From: an uncultured Spirochaetota bacterium | GTDB taxonomy: Bacteria > Spirochaetota > Spirochaetia > SZUA-6 > Fen-1364 | Length of the DNA stretch: 64,000 nt | Assembly: GCA_963734545.1 (NCBI GenBank) | Contig: CAVTHO010000004.1 | Coordinates: 96,001-160,000, forward strand | Reading direction: 5' to 3' | Shown here: one piece after another, positions 21,882 through 31,018 of the stretch | Numbering within the stretch: the stretch's first letter is position 1 | How the letters are laid out: the number at the start of each line of letters is the position of its first letter | Notes under the pieces: generated by a model | The model's input: only the letters and a program-made list of their open reading frames with translations | Told to the model about the DNA's origin: nothing | The model's database searches: none | Translations under genes and position numbers: made by a program

Positions 21882-22607
21882 ATGCTTCGTGTGAGAAAAT
21901 CGTGGGTCCTGATCTCCAGCAGCATCCTGCTCATCGCCCTGACAAGTCTCCATGCGGGCGCCCTCGGAGCAGAGGAGTCGAGATCGGTCCGGGACGTCGG
22001 GGGATTTGACAGCGTCAGCTTCGGCACCAGCGGCGAGCTCTTCATCACGCAGGGGGATCGGGAAGCGCTGGAAATCGTGGCCCCGGCCGGGGAACTTGCG
22101 CGCATCGTGACGGAGGTGCGCGGCGGCACGCTCTTTATCGGCAGGGAGGGAACAGGATCCGCCTTTTCCTTTCGCCTCCCGATATTTCGACTTACGGTGA
22201 AGACGATCGCCGCTCTCGAGACGCACAGCTCCGGCAGCATCAGGGCGAATAATCTCCGCGCGGGCTCTCTGCGCATCCGGATCAGCTCGTCCGGCGGCAT
22301 TTCGATCGATTCACTCGCCGCTGACTTGCTGGAAGTGCAGATCAGCTCGTCCGGATCGGTCAGGGCGGCGGGAACGGTGGAGCAGCAGAGCATCCATCTC
22401 AGCAGCTCCGGGAACTACCGGGCGGGGAATCTCGCAAGCAGGACAGCAAGCGTCAGGGTATCCAGCTCGGGCGATGCAACCCTGCGCGTCTCGGAAAGCC
22501 TCGAGGCGGACGTTACAAGCAGCGGAAACGTGCGATACTACGGAAGCCCCCCGCAGGTGAACGGGAATGTGACAAGCTCCGGCCGGCTCGTCAGGCTCGG
22601 AGACTGA
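21882..22607 (+). CDS. DUF2807 / head-GIN beta-solenoid exported protein
   Basis: Signal peptide, repeated ISSSGSI/VSSSG motifs, ADVTSSGNVRYYGSP. Confidence 0.85.
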   Translation: MLRVRKSWVLISSSILLIALTSLHAGALGAEESRSVRDVGGFDSVSFGTSGELFITQGDREALEIVAPAGELARIVTEVRGGTLFIGREGTGSAFSFRLPIFRLTVKTIAALETHSSGSIRANNLRAGSLRIRISSSGGISIDSLAADLLEVQISSSGSVRAAGTVEQQSIHLSSSGNYRAGNLASRTASVRVSSSGDATLRVSESLEADVTSSGNVRYYGSPPQVNGNVTSSGRLVRLGD

Positions 22608-22656
22608 CTTCACCGTGAGCGCGCAGGGGCTTCCGCGGCTGGATCAGGGCACGTCC

Positions 22657-23076
22657 CTACAACCTGGCGGTGCCCCCGCCCATGGCCACGATGGTGTCGA
22701 AGGCTTCCTTCTCCAGCGGCATGACCGAAAGGCGCCCCTCCCGCACCAGGTGTATGTTGCGCAGCGAGGGCTCGGCCTTGATCCTCGACAGCGTGACCGG
22801 ACTCTTCAGCGTCCACGCCGGTGCGACATCAACAGCGGACCAGATCTCCTCTTCGGATGTCTTGTCAGGGAAAGGCTCGGACAGGATCTTCATGGCAGCC
22901 ACGACGCTCTTCTCCTCGCCCGAGTGGTAGAAGAGAACCAGGTCGCCCGGCCTCATTTCCCGAAGATAGTTGCGGGCCTTGTAGTTTCGTATGCCGTCCC
23001 ATGTGGTCTTCCCGTCACGCACGAGATCAGGCCACCCGTAGGTGTCGGGATCGCTCTTGGCCAGCCAGTAGCTCAT
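22657..23076 (-). CDS. EVE domain protein
   Basis: YWLAKSDP, WDGIRNYKARNYLREM..GD.VLFYHS, RLSVMPL. Confidence 0.95.
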   Translation of the reverse strand: MSYWLAKSDPDTYGWPDLVRDGKTTWDGIRNYKARNYLREMRPGDLVLFYHSGEEKSVVAAMKILSEPFPDKTSEEEIWSAVDVAPAWTLKSPVTLSRIKAEPSLRNIHLVREGRLSVMPLEKEAFDTIVAMGGGTARL

Positions 23077-23085
23077 ACAGCCTCC

Positions 23086-23709
23086 TTATTCTGCTGACGG
23101 ATGGACCATGACGGGAAAACCTCCCGCAATGACCCGCACAATCGATTTCGGGGTCAACACCTGAAACATCGCGCCGCCGGCCGGGATGGTCCGGCCGTAC
23201 CCACCCGGTTCCCATTGTGTCAGACCATGCTCCCGCACCAGATACGGGAGACCTTCATTGTCCGCCACCAGCACGCCCGGCGGTAATTCCGACACCGGGG
23301 CGAGGTAAGTGCGTTTCCCCCGTTCGCCGTTCACCCGCTCGGCATGCAGAGCGAGATCGATCTCATCCGCGGAAGGTGAAGGCCCTGCGAAGAGGCCGGG
23401 GTTTGCCGCAGCCCAGATTTCCCGAAACAGACGGTACCGCGCATGCTGGCACTCGGCGCACGGCCGGTGGCCTGCTGCCAGCGCCGTCGCCTCATCCAGG
23501 AAGAACAGCTCCGTGTACCGGCCCGGGGCCATGATCGTTCTCTGTCGCCCGCGGAACTCGAGGACGCAGGTGATCCACCTCTTGCAGGCGAAAGCGCGCC
23601 GGATGCTCTGGTGGCCGTCGTGCAGACAGCCGCGGTTGCCCATCAATGTGCCCCGAGAGTCAGTGGCGATCAGCTCACCGAAGGGAGTAACGCGGTTCTG
23701 CCTTGGCAT
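23086..23709 (-). CDS. Conserved hypothetical protein with Ada-like Cys motif
   Basis: NRVTPFG, GNRGCLH, WITC, ELFFLDEATALAAGHRPCAEC. 9 bp upstream of the EVE gene. Confidence 0.75.
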   Translation of the reverse strand: MPRQNRVTPFGELIATDSRGTLMGNRGCLHDGHQSIRRAFACKRWITCVLEFRGRQRTIMAPGRYTELFFLDEATALAAGHRPCAECQHARYRLFREIWAAANPGLFAGPSPSADEIDLALHAERVNGERGKRTYLAPVSELPPGVLVADNEGLPYLVREHGLTQWEPGGYGRTIPAGGAMFQVLTPKSIVRVIAGGFPVMVHPSAE

Positions 23710-23802
23710 TCCTTCCTCACAGGAGAAAATAATGGAAAGCGCGGCGCCGGGGGAGACGAAAAGACGATGACGACGGGGCGCCTCTCTATTACATTCAAGG
23801 AG

Positions 23803-24675
23803 ATGAACAGAAAGGGTCTCCTGTTGTTCGCCTCCATGTGCGTGATCTGGGGAATCCCCTATTTCCTGATCCGCGTGGCCGTGGGCGAGATCTCGCCTGC
23901 CATGCTCGTGTTTGCCCGCACCGGGATCGGCGCGCTTATCCTGATGCCGATCGTGATCGCCCGAGGCGGCCTGCGGGGACTCGGCAGAAAATGGATTCCG
24001 ATACTCGCCTTTGCGGTCGTGGAGGTCGGCGGGCCCTGGTTCTTTCTTTTCAGCGCCGAGCAGCGCATTTCAAGCTCTCTGGCCGGACTCCTGGTCTCCT
24101 GCGTTCCGCTGGTCGGGATCGTGGTCGCGCCGCTCTTCGGGAACCGGGAAAAGATAGGACCCGTGGGCCTCGGCGGCCTGGCGCTGGGATTGGTCGGGGT
24201 GGCAGCCATCGTCGGTCTCGATCTTCACGCCTCCGACCCCAGGTCGCTCGTGGAAATGGCGCTGGTGGCGGTCGGCTATGCCGTCGGACCCGCCATTCTC
24301 GGACGCTACCTGAAGGGCGTTCCATCGGTGAGCGTGATCGGCATTTCGCTCGCGGCGTGTGCAGTGGCCTATGCGCCGCTCGCTGTTGCTCAGTGGCCGC
24401 GCGTCATGCCCGGCGCGGACGTGTTCGCATCCGTCGGTGTGCTGGCGGTCGTCTGCACCGCCCTTGCATTCCTGCTCTTCTTCGCGCTGATAGAGGAGAT
24501 CGGGCCCGTGCGCGCCACGGTTATCACGTACATCAATCCCGCCGTGGCAGCAATCGCCGGGATCGCGATCCTGCACGAGACGTTCACGGTCGGGATGGGA
24601 ATCGGTTTCGTTCTCGTTCTGGCCGGTTCCATCCTGGCGACCCGGCGCCGGGAAGTGACGAGAAGCAGAGCTTAG
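23803..24675 (+). CDS. DMT/EamA-family transporter
   Basis: CVIWGIPY, AEQRISSSLAG, GPVRATVITYINPAVA, about 10 TM helices. Confidence 0.9.
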   Translation: MNRKGLLLFASMCVIWGIPYFLIRVAVGEISPAMLVFARTGIGALILMPIVIARGGLRGLGRKWIPILAFAVVEVGGPWFFLFSAEQRISSSLAGLLVSCVPLVGIVVAPLFGNREKIGPVGLGGLALGLVGVAAIVGLDLHASDPRSLVEMALVAVGYAVGPAILGRYLKGVPSVSVIGISLAACAVAYAPLAVAQWPRVMPGADVFASVGVLAVVCTALAFLLFFALIEEIGPVRATVITYINPAVAAIAGIAILHETFTVGMGIGFVLVLAGSILATRRREVTRSRA

Positions 24676-24681
24676 GGGCCG

Positions 24682-25242
24682 ATGGAGCCGATCCTCTCGT
24701 TTCGATCCCCTCGGGATTTCCGTGCCTGGCTGGAGGGACACCACGACCAGGAGGAGGGAGCGTGGGTGGAATTCTACAAGGACGGCCGGCCCGCCCTGAC
24801 CTTCAACGATGCCCTGGAGGAGGCTTTCTGCTTCGGCTGGGTAGACTCGCTGCTGAAGAGCGTTGACGAGACCCGGTATCGCCTGAAGTTCTCGAAGAGA
24901 AGAAAGAAGAGCAAATGGTCCGCCCGGAACAGGGAGATTGCGGAACAGCTCATCGCGGCAGGCCGGATGACTCCCTGGGGACAAGCCGCCGTAGACGAGG
25001 CCAGGGCCAATGGGGCGTGGGAGGCTGTGGACCCGCGCCCGCTCTACGAGGATACGGAAGGCTTTCTCCGGGTGCTGGAGAACAACAGGGATGCCTCCCG
25101 GCAGTACGCGACCTTCACGGATTCCCTGCAACGACACTATGCCGGCTACTACTTTTCCGCCAGGCAGGACGCGACCCGGGAAAAAAGACTGAAGATGATC
25201 CTCGAGGCGATGAAGACGAAAAAGCGCCTTGCGGGGTACTGA
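24682..25242 (+). CDS. YdeI/OmpD-associated family protein
   Basis: FRAWLE.HH, DALEEAFCFGWVDS, SKWSARN, GRMT..G, ATREKRL. Confidence 0.88.
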   Translation: MEPILSFRSPRDFRAWLEGHHDQEEGAWVEFYKDGRPALTFNDALEEAFCFGWVDSLLKSVDETRYRLKFSKRRKKSKWSARNREIAEQLIAAGRMTPWGQAAVDEARANGAWEAVDPRPLYEDTEGFLRVLENNRDASRQYATFTDSLQRHYAGYYFSARQDATREKRLKMILEAMKTKKRLAGY

Positions 25243-25302
25243 GCGCAGACTCCAGGGCGGTCAGCATTGAGTCTGCCGGGGGTGAACCCCCGGCAGAATT
25301 CC

Positions 25303-25863
25303 TTACTGCATCGGCTCGTAGCACAGCCAGACATTCCCGTTTCCGAAGACGCGCGTCCTGGCCAGCTTCAGCTTCAGCTTCCCTTTGATGCCTTCGAACA
25401 TCGTCCTCCCCCTGCCGATGACGACGGGTATCAGCACGAGCTGATATTCATCGATCAGGCTTTCCTGCGCCAATTGAGTAACGATGCTGCCGCTTCCCAT
25501 GATCACCATGTCTTTCCCGGGCGCCTTCTTCATCTTTCGAACTTCCGCGGCCGGGTCGCCCTTGACCAGTCTCGTATTGCTCCACGATGCCTTGTCCATT
25601 GTTCTCGAAAACACGACCTTCGGCAGGCTGTTCATCCCTTCTGCAACGACCGGATCATTTTTCATCGCCAGAGGGGTCGGCCAGTAGCCTGCCATGAGCT
25701 CATACGTGATCCTGCCGAACAGGAGCTCACCTCCCGCGCTGGCATTGCCCTGGACAAATGCATTGAACTCCGCATCGTTGTTGTGCGCCCAGCTCATGTC
25801 GCCGTTCATGTCCACAAAGTATCCATCCACGGTGACCGAATTGAAAACGATCAGCTTCCGCAT
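25303..25863 (-). CDS. Dihydrofolate reductase / RibD C-terminal family protein
   Basis: MRKLIVFNSVTVDGY, LLFGRITYE, KVVFSRT, GSGSI, LIDEY.L...PVVIGRG. SD AAAGGAG. Confidence 0.92.
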   Translation of the reverse strand: MRKLIVFNSVTVDGYFVDMNGDMSWAHNNDAEFNAFVQGNASAGGELLFGRITYELMAGYWPTPLAMKNDPVVAEGMNSLPKVVFSRTMDKASWSNTRLVKGDPAAEVRKMKKAPGKDMVIMGSGSIVTQLAQESLIDEYQLVLIPVVIGRGRTMFEGIKGKLKLKLARTRVFGNGNVWLCYEPMQ

Positions 25864-25898
25864 GTTGCTGCTCCTTTCGTGCGATCTTTCGGACAGGA

Positions 25899-25925
25899 GT
25901 CGGAGCAAACGAAGGATTCTCGACA
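25899..25925 (-). promoter_or_regulatory. ECF42-type promoter for the DHFR-like gene
   Basis: Minus strand TGTCGA-N17-CGAC. Confidence 0.7.
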
Positions 25926-26031
25926 TCAGGAACGATTCGCTCTCCCCATTCTGTTGTGCAATCTCGGGAGGAGCCATATAGTATCTTTTCTGCCGGGTCG
26001 GCACGCGACGCGGCCTGAAGGAGAACGTGTC

Positions 26032-26934
26032 ATGAAGGATGAGGGCAGGGTTTCCTATTCCAGCCGCAGGTATGGCACTGGCGCCTTCATGCGCCGCAAG
26101 CAGTGGTGGTACTTCGAGGGTCTCGACGAGGCGAGGAAGCTCTATTTCGTGTTCCTCGCCCTCGAGGCTGTGCCGATGAGCTACGTGTCCCTCAAGGTCA
26201 TCGACTACAAATCCGGGAACCGCTGGACCGAGGACCATTTCGGCCGATTCGACGCTTCTCCCGGTGATCGGGTGGATGTACACGCGAAGGGGAAGTGGGG
26301 CTCTCTCCGTTTTTCGGGAAGGGCAGAGGACGGCTGGCGCGTCGAGGTGAAGACCGGGCGCCTGCAGGCGGAGATCACGCAGCGCCCCGAGGCCGAGCTC
26401 CACGTGAACAACCTCCTCACGCAGCACATCGACTACTCGATACGCCAGTTCATCAAGAACGACTGCCAGGGGGAGCTTGCCCTGGACGGCGAAGCCGGCC
26501 GGTTCTCGGGCCACGGCTACCATGAGCACAACTGGGGCGTGCAGGCGAGGCACTCCACCGCGCACTGGCTCCACTTCTGGTCCCCCGCCGCGGCAGGAGT
26601 CATCCTCTCCTGCCATTACGACGAAGGCCTGCCCCACCACTACAGTTTTCTCTGGACCGGAGGCGAGGAAAAGACACTCCATTCGCCTGCGGAATTCCTG
26701 TTCGATGCCGCGGAACCGGACAAGCCGTGGAAGGTCGTTTCCCCCGACCTCCTGATCGAGGCGCGGCCTGTCACCGGGCACAAGACGCGTATCCGCGTCC
26801 CTCCCCTCCTGCCCTACCTCGACGTGGACTACTACGAGCAGCTCCTCGAGGTGCGAGGCCGCGCGATTGTCGAGGGCAGGGAGGTCCCGATCACCGGCAT
26901 GGGAAAGCTCGATTTCAATTGGAATCGATGGTAG
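26032..26934 (+). CDS. Tocopherol cyclase / CrtC / AttH-like double beta-barrel protein
   Basis: QWWYFEG and GHGYHEHNWG motifs. SD AAGGAG. Confidence 0.6.
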   Translation: MKDEGRVSYSSRRYGTGAFMRRKQWWYFEGLDEARKLYFVFLALEAVPMSYVSLKVIDYKSGNRWTEDHFGRFDASPGDRVDVHAKGKWGSLRFSGRAEDGWRVEVKTGRLQAEITQRPEAELHVNNLLTQHIDYSIRQFIKNDCQGELALDGEAGRFSGHGYHEHNWGVQARHSTAHWLHFWSPAAAGVILSCHYDEGLPHHYSFLWTGGEEKTLHSPAEFLFDAAEPDKPWKVVSPDLLIEARPVTGHKTRIRVPPLLPYLDVDYYEQLLEVRGRAIVEGREVPITGMGKLDFNWNRW

Positions 26935-27041
26935 AAAGCGAGACAGGGCAGGAGGCGCGATGAGCAAAGCAGGCAGAACGAGGGGCGGCCCCGCGCCGGC
27001 CCTGCTGCCCGCCGGGCGTCTCTCCTTCCGCCGGATTTTTC

Positions 27042-27109
27042 TTGACCGTCCATGATTATTGTGATAATTTAGCATTATCGGATTAATCTGAATTATCAGA
27101 AAATACTGA
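27042..27109 (+). promoter_or_regulatory. Sigma70 promoter followed by a 9-bp tandem operator-like array
   Basis: TTGACC-N17-TAATTT, then ATTATCGGA TTAATCTGA ATTATCAGA AAATACTGA (27074-27109). Confidence 0.65.
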
Positions 27110-27143
27110 ATCGGAAAAAGACGGACGGCCGGGAGGGGATCAG

Positions 27144-27416
27144 GTGGCACGGAAACAGGTAGCAAAGACCGCGGGATGCTGCAGCGTCGAGGCCGTGGTC
27201 ACGGTGGACGCGCGGGGGCAGATCGTGCTCCCCAAGGACCTTCGTGATCACGCGGGAATCGCCGCGGGAGACAAGCTCGCGGTCGTGAGCATGATGAGTG
27301 GAGGCAGAGTGTGCTGTCTTTCCCTCATGAAGGTGCAGGAGCTGGCCGGCACGGTGAGAGAGATTCTCGGCCCCGTGGCGCGTGAGCTCGCAGGAGAGGA
27401 GAAATCCAGTGGATAA
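27144..27416 (+). CDS. AbrB/MazE/SpoVT-fold DNA-binding protein with two Cys-Cys pairs (HgcC-like)
   Basis: GCCSVEAVVTVDARGQIVLPKDLR...I..GDKL...VCCLSL. SD GGAGGGG, GTG start. Overlaps the arsM start. Confidence 0.8.
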   Translation: MARKQVAKTAGCCSVEAVVTVDARGQIVLPKDLRDHAGIAAGDKLAVVSMMSGGRVCCLSLMKVQELAGTVREILGPVARELAGEEKSSG

Positions 27417-28233
27417 CGATGTCAGATCGGAAGTCAGCAAGAGATACGCTGAGACGGCAAAGCTGCCGGTGAGCGCGGGCTGCGGATGCGGGTGCGGGTG
27501 CGGCCCGCAGGGCACGGTCAGCGCTGCAAGCGAGCAGCTCGGCTATGACCGGGAGGATCTCTCGTCCATCCCGAGGGAAGCAGACATGGGGCTGGGATGC
27601 GGCAATCCCACCGCCATTGCGGACCTGCGCCCGGGCGAGACGGTCCTGGATCTCGGTTCAGGAGGGGGGATCGACTGCTTCCTCGCCGCGGGGAAGGTCG
27701 GTCCTGCCGGAAAAGTGATCGGTGTCGACATGACCCGGGAAATGATCGACAGGGCCCGGAAGGCCGCGGGCAAGAGCCCGCACAAGAATGTGGAGTTCAG
27801 GCTCGGCGAGATCGAGAGCCTCCCGGTCCGGGACGGTGAAGCGGATGTGGTCATTTCGAACTGCGTGATCAACCTTTCCCCGGACAAGGGCAAGGTTTTT
27901 CGGGAAGCCTTCCGCGCGCTGAAGCCGGGGGGACGTCTCATGGTGTCCGACATTGTCTTGAGCGGCGAGCTGCCGGAGAAGGCCCGCTCGAGCATGGCTC
28001 TCTGGGCGAGCTGCGTGTCCGGAGCGATCCTTGAAAGGGACTACCTCGGGCTCATGAAAGAGGCCGGGTTCGAGGATATCAGCATAGCAAGCCGCAAGGG
28101 CGCCGCTGACCTGATCGACCCCGAGCAGGCGGAAGCGCTGCGCGGCCAGGTGCCTGACCTGTCAGCGGAGGAGGCAGTCCGGCTCGCCGGCATGATTCAG
28201 AGCGTCAGCGTGAAAGCCCTGAAGAGGCGGTAG
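27409..28233 (+). CDS. arsM: Arsenite S-adenosylmethionine methyltransferase
   Basis: CGCGCGCG N-terminus, MGLGCGNP, VLDLGSGGGIDCF, VISNCVINLSPDK, WASCVSGA. Confidence 0.92.
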   Translation: MDNDVRSEVSKRYAETAKLPVSAGCGCGCGCGPQGTVSAASEQLGYDREDLSSIPREADMGLGCGNPTAIADLRPGETVLDLGSGGGIDCFLAAGKVGPAGKVIGVDMTREMIDRARKAAGKSPHKNVEFRLGEIESLPVRDGEADVVISNCVINLSPDKGKVFREAFRALKPGGRLMVSDIVLSGELPEKARSSMALWASCVSGAILERDYLGLMKEAGFEDISIASRKGAADLIDPEQAEALRGQVPDLSAEEAVRLAGMIQSVSVKALKRR

Positions 28234-28319
28234 CCCAGGGGCCGGGCCCGGCCAGCCAGCCTGGCCGCCCGGCCCTCGTATTGTCAGGGCTCTGCCCGGC
28301 CCCTGCCTCGCCCGCCTTG

Positions 28320-28706
28320 TTACGACTCCTGCAATACCGACAGGAAATTCCCCGCGGGATCCTTGAACCAGGCTATGTCGGGGCCCTGCCTGCTGGAGAG
28401 TCCGCGCGCAACGCCCTTCTTGTCGGTCTTCAGGCCATTGTCGTAGTGCTCGAATCGCACGCCACGGTTTGCGAGCTCATCCACCGCCTTGTCGATGTTG
28501 TCGACGACGAAGTTCAGGATGGTGAACGTTGCCGGCTGGTGATTGTCTTTTGAGTAGACAAACACCGCGGCGCCGCCGGGCAGGTGAAGCCTCAGCCCCA
28601 TGGCTTGTTCCTCCACCTTCAGTCCCAGGGTCCCGGTGTAGAAGTCCCTGGCTCTTGCCAGATCATCAACCGAAAAGCCGCTGAAAGCGGCATTTGCTTT
28701 GAACAT
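28320..28706 (-). CDS. VOC/glyoxalase family protein
   Basis: [13 protein letters not shown]...[25 protein letters not shown]. Confidence 0.92.
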   Translation of the reverse strand: MFKANAAFSGFSVDDLARARDFYTGTLGLKVEEQAMGLRLHLPGGAAVFVYSKDNHQPATFTILNFVVDNIDKAVDELANRGVRFEHYDNGLKTDKKGVARGLSSRQGPDIAWFKDPAGNFLSVLQES

Positions 28707-28856
28707 GGCTTCCTCCTCAAAGAGTCCCAAGATAAGATACTTAGGGAAACCGGCTGCGGGGGGCATGAACCCGACAATTCACACCGGAGCGCGGGCAGGC
28801 CGGCCGGGCCAGCGGCTGCGCTGGCCGATCTGCGGGCACTTTCGTACCTTTGGAGA

Positions 28857-29543
28857 ATGCCAGATATCCAGACGGAAAAAGCCATCTACGGCGCGGAGAG
28901 GCTCACCGGCTACCTCGCGGTGCCCGAGGGGAGAGGGCCCTACCCTGGTCTCATCGTGATCCACGAGTGGTGGGGACTGAATGAGCAGATCCGCTCAGTC
29001 ACCGTTGATCTTGCAAAGGCGGGGTATGCGGCCCTTGCCGTCGACCTCTTCCGCGGGACGGTGACTGCGAGCCCTGACGAGGCCAGGAAGCTCGCCATGG
29101 GTCTCGATTCATCACGGGCCGTCTCCGATCTTCACGAGGCCTTTCAATTCCTCTCCGGCAGGCCTTACGTGAAGAAGGGAAAGGTGGGGAGCATCGGCTG
29201 GTGCCTGGGGGGCGGGTACTCGCTGGGCCTTGCGCTTTCCGAGCCCTATCTTGCCGCCTGCGTGGTGTACTACGGCAGGCTCGAAAACGACATCGGGCGG
29301 CTTGCGAAGATCAGGAGCCCCGTACTCGGCTTCTTCGGCCAGGATGATGCGGGCATTCCCGCGGCCTCTGTGAACACATTCGAGGCCGCGATGAAGCAGG
29401 CGGGCCGCGAGATCGAAACGCACATCTACCCGGGAGCGGGACACGCGTTCGCCAATCCCACGCGCACCGAGGCGTACAGACCCGAGGCGACGAAGGACTC
29501 GTGGAGCCGAATGATGAAGTTCCTCGCAGCGAAGCTGGCATAG
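28857..29543 (+). CDS. Dienelactone hydrolase family protein
   Basis: IVIHEWWGLN, GWCLGG nucleophile motif, YPGAGHAFAN. Confidence 0.93.
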   Translation: MPDIQTEKAIYGAERLTGYLAVPEGRGPYPGLIVIHEWWGLNEQIRSVTVDLAKAGYAALAVDLFRGTVTASPDEARKLAMGLDSSRAVSDLHEAFQFLSGRPYVKKGKVGSIGWCLGGGYSLGLALSEPYLAACVVYYGRLENDIGRLAKIRSPVLGFFGQDDAGIPAASVNTFEAAMKQAGREIETHIYPGAGHAFANPTRTEAYRPEATKDSWSRMMKFLAAKLA

Positions 29544-29633
29544 GCGCCGCAAGTCCCCCCGCGCCTCTTGTCCCTGGACAGCGCCCTCGGTAGGCTGTGC
29601 CTGCAGGTGCCACCGGAGTGGGCCCGGGAAGGA

Positions 29634-30524
29634 ATGAAAATGGACAGATGGTCATTGAAGCTGTCGGTTCTTGCGCTGGTCGTGGCGGTCCTCGCGGGCT
29701 GCGGCCGCGCGGGGGAGGCGCCTGCGCCGGGAAAGCCGGCCCTCGCGCTGGAGCGCGCGGCCTCGGGCGGCGGACAGGAATCCGCCAAGGGAGCCCCCGC
29801 TGCTGAAACCGGCACGGCGGCAGCCACGGACGTCCTGCAGGCAGGTCTTCCGTCTGCACGCATGGTGATCAGAACAGCGTCACTTTCCGTGCGCGTCAAG
29901 GACGTCGACGCGGCGTTTGCGCGCGCCATGCAGCTCACGGAGGCCAGCGGCGGGTACGTCCAGTCCAGCACGCAGTCCGTGGAAGGCGGCCAGCGGGCGG
30001 ACATGACGCTTCGCGTCCCTCCGGAAGGGTTTCTGCCGCTCGTCAGCTCCCTGGAGGCCCTGGGCACGCAGGAGAGCAAGAGCCTGGGCGGACAGGACGT
30101 GACGGAAGAGTATTACGACCTCGACGCGGAGCTGCAGAACAAGGTCCAGGTCCGCGGAAGGCTTTTTCAGCTATTGGAGAGGGCCTCCAAGGTAACGGAT
30201 GCGATCCAGGTGGAGGAACAACTCGATCGCGTGGGCGCGGAGGTCAACAGGATCAAGGGACGGATGAAATACCTGCAGACCATGGTCGGGCTGGCCACCG
30301 TCAATCTCAGCATCTATTCGGAAGCGCGACCCGCGGCGGAGGAATTCATCAACTGGAGCATGATCGGTCATGGCTTCGTCACGGCCGCCCGTGTGCTCGT
30401 GCGCGCCTTCTTCTTCATTCTCCAGGCCCTGGTCGTGCTGGTGCCGCTGGGCGTTCTCGGCGGGGGTATCGCGTGGGGCGTGGTGGCAGCAGTGCGGGCG
30501 CGGCGGAAGAAACAGGCGTCGTAA
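29634..30524 (+). CDS. DUF4349 lipoprotein
   Basis: LAGC lipobox, MVIRTASL, LRVPPE.F, QDVTEEYYDL, C-terminal TM helix. Confidence 0.85.
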   Translation: MKMDRWSLKLSVLALVVAVLAGCGRAGEAPAPGKPALALERAASGGGQESAKGAPAAETGTAAATDVLQAGLPSARMVIRTASLSVRVKDVDAAFARAMQLTEASGGYVQSSTQSVEGGQRADMTLRVPPEGFLPLVSSLEALGTQESKSLGGQDVTEEYYDLDAELQNKVQVRGRLFQLLERASKVTDAIQVEEQLDRVGAEVNRIKGRMKYLQTMVGLATVNLSIYSEARPAAEEFINWSMIGHGFVTAARVLVRAFFFILQALVVLVPLGVLGGGIAWGVVAAVRARRKKQAS

Positions 30525-30534
30525 CGGCGCGCGG

Positions 30535-30903
30535 CTAGCGCAGGTCCTTCAGTGTCAGCTCGGTTCGGCCGATCAGGATGATGTCTTGCGGGTGCAGGCG
30601 CACGTATTTTCCGAGGGGCACGCGCTTGGAGTTCACGAAGGTGGCGTTCGTGCTGTCCAGGTCCTCGATGAAGTATTCGTTCTTCAGCTTCTGGATCACC
30701 GCGTGATGCCGGGAGGCCAGGGGATCATCCAGCACGATGGAGTTGTCCTCATCCCTCCCCACCGTGATCCGGCTGGTGATGGGGATGCTCCTGCCTTGAA
30801 AGACGAGAAACATGGGGCCGGGCTTGTGCACCTTGGAGAGGCGCTGGCCTACCACGCTTTCCGAGAAGATCGTCTCGTTGGGATTCTCGTCCTTGTTTGA
30901 CAC
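30535..30903 (-). CDS. FHA domain protein
   Basis: ITVGR, ASRHHA, EDLDSTNATFVN. Confidence 0.92.
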   Translation of the reverse strand: MSNKDENPNETIFSESVVGQRLSKVHKPGPMFLVFQGRSIPITSRITVGRDEDNSIVLDDPLASRHHAVIQKLKNEYFIEDLDSTNATFVNSKRVPLGKYVRLHPQDIILIGRTELTLKDLR

Positions 30904-31018
30904 GCGGCGCCTCTCCTTCTAGAGCACCCGACATTTTTGCCCGCTCGCGGATTTCACCTGGAAGTGTAGTCTGCAAGCGGGCGGTTTTCAAGGCAACGGA
31001 TCAGCGGTATGCGCCCCG

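Noticed and set aside
28755-28780. TGTCGG upstream of the VOC gene as a third ECF42 promoter
   Set aside because: The sequence 17 nt downstream is CCGG, not CGAC/CGTC
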